Shown here: one piece after another, positions 1-7,245 of the stretch
Position numbering within the stretch: the first letter of the stretch is position 1
Layout of the letters: each line of letters starts with the position of its first letter
Assembly: GCA_965216755.1 (NCBI GenBank)
Contig: CBDCGL010000011.1
Span: forward strand, 3,872,001 to 3,936,000
From: Alphaproteobacteria bacterium
GTDB lineage: Bacteria > Pseudomonadota > Alphaproteobacteria > UBA7887
Length of the DNA: 64,000 nucleotides
Reading direction: 5' to 3'
The notes under the pieces: model-generated
Told to the model about the DNA's origin: nothing
Database searches by the model: none
The model's input: only the letters and a program-made list of their open reading frames with translations
Position numbers and translations under genes: made by a program

Positions 1-103
1 CGGCGACAACAACGTGACAGGTCGAGGGCAGGGCGGCGCCGCGTCGCGCGGCCCCGATCCCTGCCCCCAATCGTCATCGAGTGACGAGTGGATTTGGCAT
101 TGC

Positions 104-616
104 TTAGCAAGTGGGGGTGCCGAGCGTGCCGATCTCCATGCAGGTGGTGGTGTGGTTGCCGACAGACACCGCCGCGTTGCGCTTCGCGATCACGGCCTGC
201 TGCACGACACCGTTGACCTCGATGTCACGCGCCGTGCCGATGTGCTGGCGGCTGTAGGCGTAGTTGCCGTAGGCGACGTTGGCGTTGTCCTTGGCGATCA
301 CGGCGCGCTGCATCACACCATTGATCTCACCATTCTCGACCGTGCCGATCCGGGTACGGGCGTCGGCGTAGTTGCCAACCGCGACCGTGGCGTTGCCCTC
401 GGCGATCACCGCATCCTGCAGCACACCATTCACCGTCAGGCCACCCTTCTTGGCGCCACTTTCCTTGCCGAAGTCGTTGTTCGACAGAACGTTCACGACG
501 GCGGCTTTTTGCTTAACCTTGGTGAAGTCGAAGTTGATGTCGTCAGCCGAAGCGGCCGAAACGGAAACCACGGTCAGAGCCGCAACAGCCGCCGAAATCT
601 TCAGAAGTGCGTTCAT
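104..616 (-). CDS. Secreted beta-repeat protein A1 (3 x 36-aa repeats, C-terminal C-x10-C), putative fibre/functional amyloid subunit
   Basis: Sec signal ending ASA|DD; repeats NGVLQDAVIAEGNATVAVGNYADARTRIGTVENGEI / NGVMQRAVIAKDNANVAYGNYAYSRQHIGTARDIEV / NGVVQQAVIAKRNAAVSVGNHTTTCMEIGTLGTPTC; two paralogs nearby. CDS is secure, function inferred. Confidence 0.85.
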   Translation of the reverse strand: MNALLKISAAVAALTVVSVSAASADDINFDFTKVKQKAAVVNVLSNNDFGKESGAKKGGLTVNGVLQDAVIAEGNATVAVGNYADARTRIGTVENGEINGVMQRAVIAKDNANVAYGNYAYSRQHIGTARDIEVNGVVQQAVIAKRNAAVSVGNHTTTCMEIGTLGTPTC

Positions 617-702
617 TGTTGAATCCTCAAATTAGGGTGGGTTTGATCTAGTCGCGTGACGACCGGGTCGTTTGGCTCTAACCGTGTCGCCCGGCCTGCC
701 TG

Positions 703-733
703 TAAACACGCTGCCCGCGGCACAGAGGGGTGA
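703..733 (-). promoter_or_regulatory. Putative ECF sigma promoter upstream of A1
   Basis: Minus strand TCACCCCT-N15-CGTGTTTA, same motif and spacing as upstream of the ECF sigma gene. Confidence 0.75.
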
Positions 734-786
734 TCAGCTTGAATTTTTTTGTTTCATGTCTGTTTGGCGCCGGCGCGAATACTGCG

Positions 787-834
787 AAAAAACAAAAAAA
801 TAAACCGCCGCAGCATTTTAAGCACTGCGGCGGT
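787..834 (-). terminator. Rho-independent terminator after B1
   Basis: ACCGCCGCAG...CTGCGGCGGT stem followed by long T tract on minus strand. Confidence 0.8.
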
Positions 835-888
835 GTCGGATCGTGGGGCATACACGTCGCCAGGTTGGCGACTCCCAAACAGCCAGAA

Positions 889-1191
889 TTACCTGCATCC
901 GCCGGCGCCGACCACGTTGATCACGTTCTTGGCGACGACGATGATCTCACGTGGCGCCTGGCCGTTGCCGGGATCGACATTGCCGATGCTGACATTGCCG
1001 CAGTCGCTGGAACGTTGCTCCAGACGCCGGGCCTCGCCACGCGTCAGGAACGTCTTGGCGAAAGCGCTGTTGACGCGCGACTGTGATCCGGAATCCAAAT
1101 GCGGCCGCTGATTGAACTCTTTGGCGCTGACGCTGGCTGCGGCCAGGGTCAACGAACCGGCCAACGCGATCACGAAAGCTGTTTTGGTCAT
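889..1191 (-). CDS. Small secreted Cys-pair protein B1, putative accessory/nucleator subunit
   Basis: Signal peptide ending VSA|KE, AGGAG RBS, paralog of 2029..2337, C-terminal 36-aa Cys-to-Cys segment. Confidence 0.85.
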   Translation of the reverse strand: MTKTAFVIALAGSLTLAAASVSAKEFNQRPHLDSGSQSRVNSAFAKTFLTRGEARRLEQRSSDCGNVSIGNVDPGNGQAPREIIVVAKNVINVVGAGGCR

Positions 1192-1223
1192 TGGTGATCT
1201 CCTATGTCCCGGTGAAAGGCTTT

Positions 1224-1256
1224 GGCGGAACCCGGGACTTTGCCGCGGGTTCCGCC
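1224..1256 (-). terminator. GC-rich hairpin between A2 and B1 (attenuator or mRNA-stabilising stem)
   Basis: GGCGGAACCCG...CGGGTTCCGCC inverted repeat with no U tract on minus strand. Confidence 0.5.
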
Positions 1257-1281
1257 GTGTAAGCGGTGGATTTGGCGTTGC

Positions 1282-1794
1282 TTAGCAGGTGGGGGTGCCG
1301 AGCGTGCCGATTTCCATGCAAGCGGTGGTGTGGTTACCGACGGAAACGACCGCGTTGTCCTTGGCGATCACGGCCTGCTGGACGACACCGTTGATCTCGA
1401 AGTCACGCGCCGTGCCGATGTGCAAGCGGCTGTAGGCATAGTTGCCGGCGGCGACGTTGACGTTGTTCTTGGCGATCACGGCACGTTGCAGAACACCGTT
1501 GACCTCACCGTTCTCGAGCGTACCGATGCGGGTGTAGGCCTCGGCGTAGTTACCGACCGCGACCGTGGCATTGCCTTCGGCGATGACCGCGTCCTGGACC
1601 ACACCGTTGACCGTCAAACCGCCCTTCTTGGCGCCGGTACCGGGGCCGAAGTCGTTGTTCGACAGAACGTTCACGACGGCGGCTTTTTGCTTAACTTTGG
1701 TGAAGTCGAAGTTGATGTCGTCAGCCGAGGCGGCCGAAACGGAAACCACAGTCAAAGCGGCGACGGCGGCGGAAATCTTCAGAAGTGCGTTCAT
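1282..1794 (-). CDS. Secreted beta-repeat protein A2
   Basis: 170 aa, about 18 differences from A1 counted by eye, first 50 aa identical, same 3 x 36-aa architecture. Confidence 0.85.
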   Translation of the reverse strand: MNALLKISAAVAALTVVSVSAASADDINFDFTKVKQKAAVVNVLSNNDFGPGTGAKKGGLTVNGVVQDAVIAEGNATVAVGNYAEAYTRIGTLENGEVNGVLQRAVIAKNNVNVAAGNYAYSRLHIGTARDFEINGVVQQAVIAKDNAVVSVGNHTTACMEIGTLGTPTC

Positions 1795-1881
1795 TGGTCA
1801 AGTCCCCTAAGAAGCGTTGATGTGTTGCTGGTGACGTTGCGTTGTTGGTGATGGCGTGACCGTGTCTTGCCGGTCTGCCCT

Positions 1882-1912
1882 TAAACACGCAGCGCTTCCG
1901 AAAGGGGGGTTA
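1882..1912 (-). promoter_or_regulatory. Putative ECF sigma promoter upstream of A2
   Basis: Minus strand TAACCCCC-N15-CGTGTTTA; downstream leader (GGCAG.CCGG...ACACGGT) conserved with the A1 leader. Confidence 0.75.
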
Positions 1913-1950
1913 GGGACGCCAAAAAAATGTCGGGGCACGCCAGTCAATAG

Positions 1951-1977
1951 AAAAAGGCCGCCCGATGGGGCGGCCCT
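1951..1977 (-). terminator. Rho-independent terminator after B2
   Basis: GGCCGCCC...GGGCGGCC stem plus TTTTT on minus strand. Confidence 0.75.
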
Positions 1978-2028
1978 TGCATCTTCAGTGGCACCAGCCT
2001 ATTTGGCGCCAAACGTCTTGATCACGTT

Positions 2029-2337
2029 CTATTGGCAACCGCCTGGGCCGACCACATTAACAACGTTTTTGGCGACCACAATGATCTCGCGTGGTGCCTG
2101 GCCATTGCCAGGATCGACGTTGCCGATACTGACATTGCCGCAATCACCCGTGCGCTTTTCAAGCCGTCGCACTTCTCCACGTTTTTGAAAGTTCTTCGCC
2201 AAAGCGCTGTTCACGCGCGATTGCGAACCGGAGTCCAGATGCGGCCGTTGGTTAAACTCGCCGGCTTGCGCTGCGCCGGTCAATGCCGTCACGCTGAAGG
2301 CGAAAGCCATGGCGATCAAAGGGGCAGGAAGTCTCAT
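2029..2337 (-). CDS. Small secreted Cys-pair protein B2
   Basis: Signal peptide ending AQA|GE; mature region nearly identical to B1 (EFNQRPHLDSGSQSRVNSA...CGNVSIGNVDPGNGQAPREIIVVAKNV). Confidence 0.85.
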   Translation of the reverse strand: MRLPAPLIAMAFAFSVTALTGAAQAGEFNQRPHLDSGSQSRVNSALAKNFQKRGEVRRLEKRTGDCGNVSIGNVDPGNGQAPREIIVVAKNVVNVVGPGGCQ

Positions 2338-2445
2338 GATCCGTCTCCGTGTCTAAGGACGGTGCCGATAGAGTAACCCGGCCTTGGCGAGAAAACCACG
2401 TCGAAGCCGCGTATATGTCTACCGGCGCCCCCTAACTGGCCAAAT

Positions 2446-2461
2446 AGCAATGCCAATGCCA
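2446..2461 (-). promoter_or_regulatory. Possible sigma-54 promoter upstream of B2
   Basis: Minus strand TGGCATTGGCATTGCT fits TGGCA-N6-TTGC(W) spacing. Confidence 0.4.
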
Positions 2462-2507
2462 TGCGGTCTTTCAATGCAACACCGCTCGGCGATAGGTCAT
2501 GTGCAGC

Positions 2508-3014
2508 TTATTCACACGTCGGTGTGCCAACCGTGCCAATTTCCATGCAGGCGTCGGTGTTGTTGCCCGAAGAGACCACTGCATTATCCTTGGCAATAAC
2601 CGCTTGCTGAACCACGCCGTTCACTTCTACGTCGCGCATCGTGCCAATATGCAATGTGCTTTCGGCATTGTTGCCGGCCGCGACATTGACATTGTCTTCG
2701 GCGATCACGGCGCGTTGCACGACGCCGTTGATTTCGCCACTCTCAATCGTACCGATGCGTGTATTGGCTTCGGAATTGTTGCCAACCGCGACTGTGGCAT
2801 TGCCGTCAGCGATGACAGCATCCTGCACAACGCCATTGATCTCAACACCACCGGATTTGGCACCCTTGCCGTCGGCGTCGTTGTTTGACAAGACGTTGGT
2901 AACGGCCGCTTTTTGTTTGACCTTATTGATGTCGACTTCTTGTGCGACAGCTGTCGAAAACAACAACACCGCAATTGCACTCGTTGCCATCAGAACTTTA
3001 CCAAAAGCGCTCAT
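2508..3014 (-). CDS. Secreted beta-repeat protein A3 (more acidic, divergent paralog)
   Basis: Start MSAFGK after GGGGGA RBS, signal ending AVA|QE, same three 36-aa repeats and terminal Cys pair. Confidence 0.85.
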   Translation of the reverse strand: MSAFGKVLMATSAIAVLLFSTAVAQEVDINKVKQKAAVTNVLSNNDADGKGAKSGGVEINGVVQDAVIADGNATVAVGNNSEANTRIGTIESGEINGVVQRAVIAEDNVNVAAGNNAESTLHIGTMRDVEVNGVVQQAVIAKDNAVVSSGNNTDACMEIGTVGTPTCE

Positions 3015-3205
3015 CTCACGATCCCCCATCGGAATGTTCGGTCAAAAGTACGGAATCTTTCGCTTCGTTCGCCTCCGATGTCTTCCAACAGCAAATACTA
3101 TAGCGTGGCAGTCGAATTTCGCACCTACAATTCGGCTCTGTCGCGAAACATTCATTCTGGGATTTGTCGGCGCGGGCCGACCTATAACCACAGTCGTAGT
3201 ACAAC

Positions 3206-3240
3206 AAAAAGGGGCGCTGTCCCGATTGGTCAGCGCCCCC
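3206..3240 (-). terminator. Rho-independent terminator after the anti-sigma gene
   Basis: GGGGCGCTG...CAGCGCCCC stem plus TTTTT on minus strand. Confidence 0.75.
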
Positions 3241-3263
3241 GCACGACGTCGATTGTTCAGCCT

Positions 3264-4775
3264 CTAGCCCGCGTCGCCTGGCCCGAACTCAAGAAAGATG
3301 TGATCGCTCAACACTTGCGCCTCACCACCCTTTTCCAGCTCGACCAAGGCACGACGCAGATGGGCAAAGTAGCTCTGCGCGTTTTCCACTTCGGGCCGGG
3401 GCTCGGCAAACAAAGGGTGTGACGATGAAATGATCGTGATCATTTCCGTGCCAAACGGTGCCACCACTTCATACGGTTTCGGGCCGTCGCCAATGCGCAT
3501 GGCCTGCCCGCGCGGCACGGCCTGGGTCGGATCCCGTCCGGCCAGCGTCAGATGGCGGACGGACCCGTCGCCCTGAATGAAATCGACATAAACGTAGCTG
3601 TCAAACAGGCTCGTCGCCGTCGCTTCCAAGAGCAAGGTCTCGCCCTCGACATAGCTTAAGGTGTGGGCAACCGGCCGGATCATGGGTGCGGCGCCGACGC
3701 TGGCGTCGGTGACCGTGAAGCGGTGCAGGATTTGCAGCGTCTCGCAAAATGGCCAGTCGCGCACGAGGACCTTGTCCGTATTGACGGCAACCTGTTCGGA
3801 AAGATCCGAGACTTCTCGACGCAGCAACGCGACATCGCTTTTGCGCGAAACATAGCCGGTGATGTTCAGCGCGTCGGCGCCCTCGACATGTGCGCCGAGC
3901 CGGGCGCAATCAAAGTCGTCCATGATCGACGTCAGTTTTTTCAGCGGGAAACCAGCCAAACCGACCGGGCCTTCCAAGGCCCGTGTGCGCGGTTGGCTGA
4001 GCTGTTGATTCTGTTGCGCCAAGCGCGCGTTTTCCTCGGCCAATCCGGCATTCGATTGCGCCAACCCGGCGTTTTCCGCGGCCAACTCGTTATAGTCGGG
4101 TGAAACGCCCAAATGCAGGTATGGGGTCACGCCTTGGCCGACAAACATGCCGATCAGCAAACTGGCGGCCATCGCGAAACCGGCGACCGGCGAATGGACA
4201 ATGCGACCTACCATAGACCGCCGCCGCGGCTGGAACCGCACCACCGTGTCATCGGATGGATCGGTTGCTTCATCGGTTATCTTCGGTGTCGGCGCATCAA
4301 CGGTTTCGACCGACGCGTCCCGGCCCATGTCTTGTCCGACGCCATTCTTGGCGTAAGCCAAGATGGCGTCATCATGGCCGTCCCAGGCAATCGGTTGCTT
4401 GGTCTGTTCATAAAGGCCGTAAATCGCCCGATCGGCTTCCGACATGTCGTCGTCGCCGATAGCGGGGCTCTGGTTCGCGCTGGGTCGGGCATGCACTTCG
4501 CCGCTGCGGGCATACGTCAGAATCGACTCATCCCAGGCATCCCACGGGATCGTGTCGCGGCCGCGGTCATACAATTCCAAAACAACGGCCTCGGCTTCAT
4601 CGACATCGGCGTGACTATCACGCGCCGCGTCCTGGGATTCCTTGGCGAAGCCCAGAATGGCATCGTCAGACTCGTCCCAGTCAATCGGGTCCTGTGTGCT
4701 TTCATAAAGACGCAGGATGACGCGGTCTGCCGCTGTCAAATCCTCGTCGTCGCGTTTTGTTTTGTCCTGTGCCAT
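3264..4775 (-). CDS. Putative membrane anti-sigma factor with triplicated N-terminal module, TM helix, coiled coil and DUF4384-like domain
   Basis: Directly downstream of ECF sigma; three LY...I.WD..D..IL..A[KR] repeats; TM GFAMAASLLIGMFVG; heptads LAAENAG/LAQSNAG/LAEENAR/LAQQNQQ; C-terminal YVYVDFIQGDGSVRHL...APFGTEMITIISSSHPLF typical of DUF4384. Confidence 0.7.
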   Translation of the reverse strand: MAQDKTKRDDEDLTAADRVILRLYESTQDPIDWDESDDAILGFAKESQDAARDSHADVDEAEAVVLELYDRGRDTIPWDAWDESILTYARSGEVHARPSANQSPAIGDDDMSEADRAIYGLYEQTKQPIAWDGHDDAILAYAKNGVGQDMGRDASVETVDAPTPKITDEATDPSDDTVVRFQPRRRSMVGRIVHSPVAGFAMAASLLIGMFVGQGVTPYLHLGVSPDYNELAAENAGLAQSNAGLAEENARLAQQNQQLSQPRTRALEGPVGLAGFPLKKLTSIMDDFDCARLGAHVEGADALNITGYVSRKSDVALLRREVSDLSEQVAVNTDKVLVRDWPFCETLQILHRFTVTDASVGAAPMIRPVAHTLSYVEGETLLLEATATSLFDSYVYVDFIQGDGSVRHLTLAGRDPTQAVPRGQAMRIGDGPKPYEVVAPFGTEMITIISSSHPLFAEPRPEVENAQSYFAHLRRALVELEKGGEAQVLSDHIFLEFGPGDAG

Positions 4776-4826
4776 GTCTTGACCATTTAGGAAGCCCGAC
4801 GCAAATCGGACCGTTTCCAATACTTT

Positions 4827-5450
4827 CTATTGCGTGCCCAAGACCTTGTTCTTCAGGTGCTGGCGGGCGTAGCGCAATCGCGTTTTCACCGTTTCTCTAT
4901 TCGTGTTCATGACCTCGGCGATTTCCTCGTAGCTCATGTCACCTTCCAGATGCATCAGAAGCGTGGCCTTTTGCACGTCCGAGAGTTCGTCGATGGCTCT
5001 CATCAGAATTTGGGCCTTTTGCTTGTCGCCGTAGATCTCTTCGGGGTTGGCAATATCGATGTTGAACGTGTCCAGGACTTCTTCATCGCCGACCACGGTC
5101 TCGTCGAAATCTACGGTTTCGTAGTTTTTGTTCTTCCGATACCAGTCAATGAGTTGATTCTTCGCCAGTTTGTACAAGTAGGTCGTGAACTTTGCCTCCG
5201 CTGTGTATTGGCCCGATCGACACGCCCGAACCAGCTTGAACCACGTTTCGTGGGCCAGCTCGTCGCCAACTGCGGGAGATCCGCACTGGCGCGCGAAAAA
5301 GCGCCGTAAGCCTTCTCTTCGTCGGCGGTATACCGCCTCGAAAGCACCATCATCGCCCGACAAGTACTGTTTCATCAGATCTTCGTCGGTCAGAGATATG
5401 TCCGCTACGGTCATCTCCGCGCCTGGCTGTCTAGTGATCAAAACGGCCAT
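4827..5450 (-). CDS. ECF subfamily RNA polymerase sigma-70 factor
   Basis: TDEDLM...GD..AFE, region 2 AKFTTYLYKLAKNQLIDWYRK, region 4 MSYEEIAEVMNTNRETVKTRLRYAR; alternative start at 5414. Confidence 0.92.
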   Translation of the reverse strand: MAVLITRQPGAEMTVADISLTDEDLMKQYLSGDDGAFEAVYRRRREGLRRFFARQCGSPAVGDELAHETWFKLVRACRSGQYTAEAKFTTYLYKLAKNQLIDWYRKNKNYETVDFDETVVGDEEVLDTFNIDIANPEEIYGDKQKAQILMRAIDELSDVQKATLLMHLEGDMSYEEIAEVMNTNRETVKTRLRYARQHLKNKVLGTQ

Positions 5451-5460
5451 TACACTTCCA

Positions 5461-5490
5461 TAACACGCGTGCCGCGGCAAGAAGGGGTGA
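5461..5490 (-). promoter_or_regulatory. Putative autoregulatory ECF promoter
   Basis: Minus strand TCACCCCT-N15-CGTGTTA ending 10 nt before the ATG at 5450. Confidence 0.75.
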
Positions 5491-5618
5491 CCGTTGGCGA
5501 TGCGTTAACGACAAAAATCCGGCGCGCGATGTCGTTTCGATAATGCATTGATTTTTCTTAAATTTATTTGCAAACCGCAAATTCGCGCCGCCGTCGCGGC
5601 GATTTTTTTGCCGTCCGG

Positions 5619-5648
5619 TGACCCTCATCCATTTCAACCGACGTTTAA
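5619..5648 (+). promoter_or_regulatory. Putative ECF promoter of the 54-aa ORF
   Basis: TGACCCTC-N15-CGTTTAA preceded by a T7 tract. Confidence 0.55.
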
Positions 5649-5727
5649 AGAAGTGCGCGGGCACGGATCGCGCGGTCGGCCGGTCGAAACGCCAGGCCGA
5701 AGACTTAGCGGACAATGGGAGGCAGAA

Positions 5728-5892
5728 ATGGCCAACAATTCAGACTATCAGCGTGCTTTTGCCCGCGAGTTGATTAATTCCATGGGCGTCGACGGCGCTA
5801 TCTATATTGCCCAGCAGCATCATTGGGACGGCGTTTTGGCCCATTGCCTGCGCGCCCAAGCCGAAGACCGCGTTCAGGCCTGCGCCGCCTAG
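5728..5892 (+). CDS. Small hypothetical protein (54 aa)
   Basis: GGGAGG RBS before ATG, own promoter motif and downstream terminator; MANNSDYQRAFARELINSMGVDGAIYIAQQHHWDGVL... Confidence 0.7.
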   Translation: MANNSDYQRAFARELINSMGVDGAIYIAQQHHWDGVLAHCLRAQAEDRVQACAA

Positions 5893-5928
5893 TCGGTCCC
5901 CGGCATCACATCACACTGTCGATAAAAC

Positions 5929-5960
5929 GCGCCGCGTCTTGCGGCGCATATTTCTTTTTT
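5929..5960 (+). terminator. Probable terminator after the small ORF
   Basis: GCGCCGC-GTCTT-GCGGCGC stem followed by T-rich run. Confidence 0.6.
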
Positions 5961-6021
5961 GGCCGTCGACAATGTCCGCGGATCACCAAGTGACAGACAA
6001 CCGCATGGGGCGCACATAACT

Positions 6022-6075
6022 CCTGCCGCCCAAATGCGCCCTGCCGCCCAAATGCGCCCCGCCGCCCAAGTGCGC
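6022..6075. repeat. Tandem repeat, 3 x 18 bp
   Basis: CCTGCCGCCCAAATGCGC twice, then CCCGCCGCCCAAGTGCGC. Confidence 0.9.
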
Positions 6076-6116
6076 CTTATGACCGGGTCACACATCACAC
6101 ATTTTTTTGTCGGCAC

Positions 6117-6147
6117 CAACCCCGATCGACGCGCTCTCCCGTGACTA
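6117..6147 (+). promoter_or_regulatory. Putative ECF promoter of the OmpA gene
   Basis: CAACCCCG-N15-CGTGACTA preceded by a T7 tract. Confidence 0.55.
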
Positions 6148-6258
6148 TAGGTGAGACGTGCCCCGGCCCTGGCGGCGGGGCGCCCGTGTAACAGGTTAGA
6201 CAACAGGTTTGGCGGTCGGTCCTTGGTTTGAGAGCCGACACCTTAAAGGGAGCGGATT

Positions 6259-7095
6259 ATGACTAGGCTCAAAACAACTTTGATGGCGACGGTGTGGAGC
6301 GCGAGCGTGGTTTTCGCCGCGGCCCAGGCTCAAGCCCAAGATGTGAATTATCTTGATGAGAATGCCACCCATTGTGAAATTTTCTCGTCGATCAGCATGG
6401 TGATCCCGGGCGACTGTGCCCTCGGTCTCGATGCGCCGGCGGCCAACCCGGCTACCGGTTTGGCGCCGCGCACCCGTGGCATCGTGCGCTACGATACGCC
6501 CGGTGGTACCCCGACGCCGGTGGTCCAGGCGACCGTGCCGTCGGCCCCGGCCCCGGCGCCCGTGGCGGCGGTCGAAACGCCGGAGTGGGATGACGTGCAG
6601 ATCGAGGACGCGGTCGCGGTCGCCGCACCGGCGCCGGTGGTGGCGGTCGAAGTGACCCCGGTTGCCGAAGAGGCGATCGTCGCCGACGCCACGCCCGTGC
6701 CGGCTGCCGTCGTCCAACAGGACAAGGACCCAGAGGAATTGGGTGTCGCGCTGCGCGTCGAGTTCGAGTACGACTCGTACCGATTGACCGGTGAAGCTCT
6801 TCAGGTCCTGGATCGTGTCGCCGCGGTGCTCAACGATCCCTTGCTGCGCGACAGCATGTTCCTGATCGAGGGACACACCGATGCCGCCGGCCCCGACGCT
6901 TACAACGTGACCTTGTCAGAGCGGCGTGCACAGAGCGTGCGTCAGTATCTGGCCCAGGCTCACGGCGTTGACTTCTCGCGCTTGGCCTACATGGGCAAAG
7001 GCGAGAGCGAGCTTTACAATCCCACGGATCCGTATGCCGCGATCAACCGTCGTGTCGAGATCCGCAACATCAGTGTGAACACGCCCACCGGCTAA
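6259..7095 (+). CDS. Secreted OmpA-family peptidoglycan-binding protein
   Basis: Signal peptide ending AQA, Pro/Ala/Val-rich linker, OmpA_C motifs FEYDSY.L, IEGHTDAAG..AYN..LSERRA.SV, GKGE, INRRVEI. Confidence 0.9.
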   Translation: MTRLKTTLMATVWSASVVFAAAQAQAQDVNYLDENATHCEIFSSISMVIPGDCALGLDAPAANPATGLAPRTRGIVRYDTPGGTPTPVVQATVPSAPAPAPVAAVETPEWDDVQIEDAVAVAAPAPVVAVEVTPVAEEAIVADATPVPAAVVQQDKDPEELGVALRVEFEYDSYRLTGEALQVLDRVAAVLNDPLLRDSMFLIEGHTDAAGPDAYNVTLSERRAQSVRQYLAQAHGVDFSRLAYMGKGESELYNPTDPYAAINRRVEIRNISVNTPTG

Positions 7096-7125
7096 TTGCC
7101 GCTACCACTCACACCACCAGCGACC

Positions 7126-7158
7126 ACGCCCTTCGCGCTTGCCGCGGAGGGCGTTTTT
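7126..7158 (+). terminator. Rho-independent terminator after the OmpA gene
   Basis: ACGCCCTTCGCG...CGCGGAGGGCGT stem plus T run. Confidence 0.7.
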
Positions 7159-7245
7159 GCCTGCGCGGTCCGCGCCGCTCCCTTGTTGGCATTCCGCAGG
7201 CCAGGTCACACGGGCGGTTGGGCGCAAAACGCATTGTCGGTGATT

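Noticed and set aside
104-3014. Calling the A genes csgA/csgB or fapC
   Set aside because: The 36-aa linker-free period and consensus differ from both families, and no csgEFG or fapDEF genes are in the window; left as analogy only.
14-3267. Plus-strand ORFs 14..622, 1222..1851, 2499..2888 and 2641..3267 that appear to be repeated paralogs
   Set aside because: They are antisense shadows of the duplicated A genes; the minus-strand frames have the signal peptides, RBSs, promoters and terminators.
6159-6192. Second ECF promoter before the OmpA gene (CGTGTAAC at 6185)
   Set aside because: No ACCC element at the 15-nt spacing.
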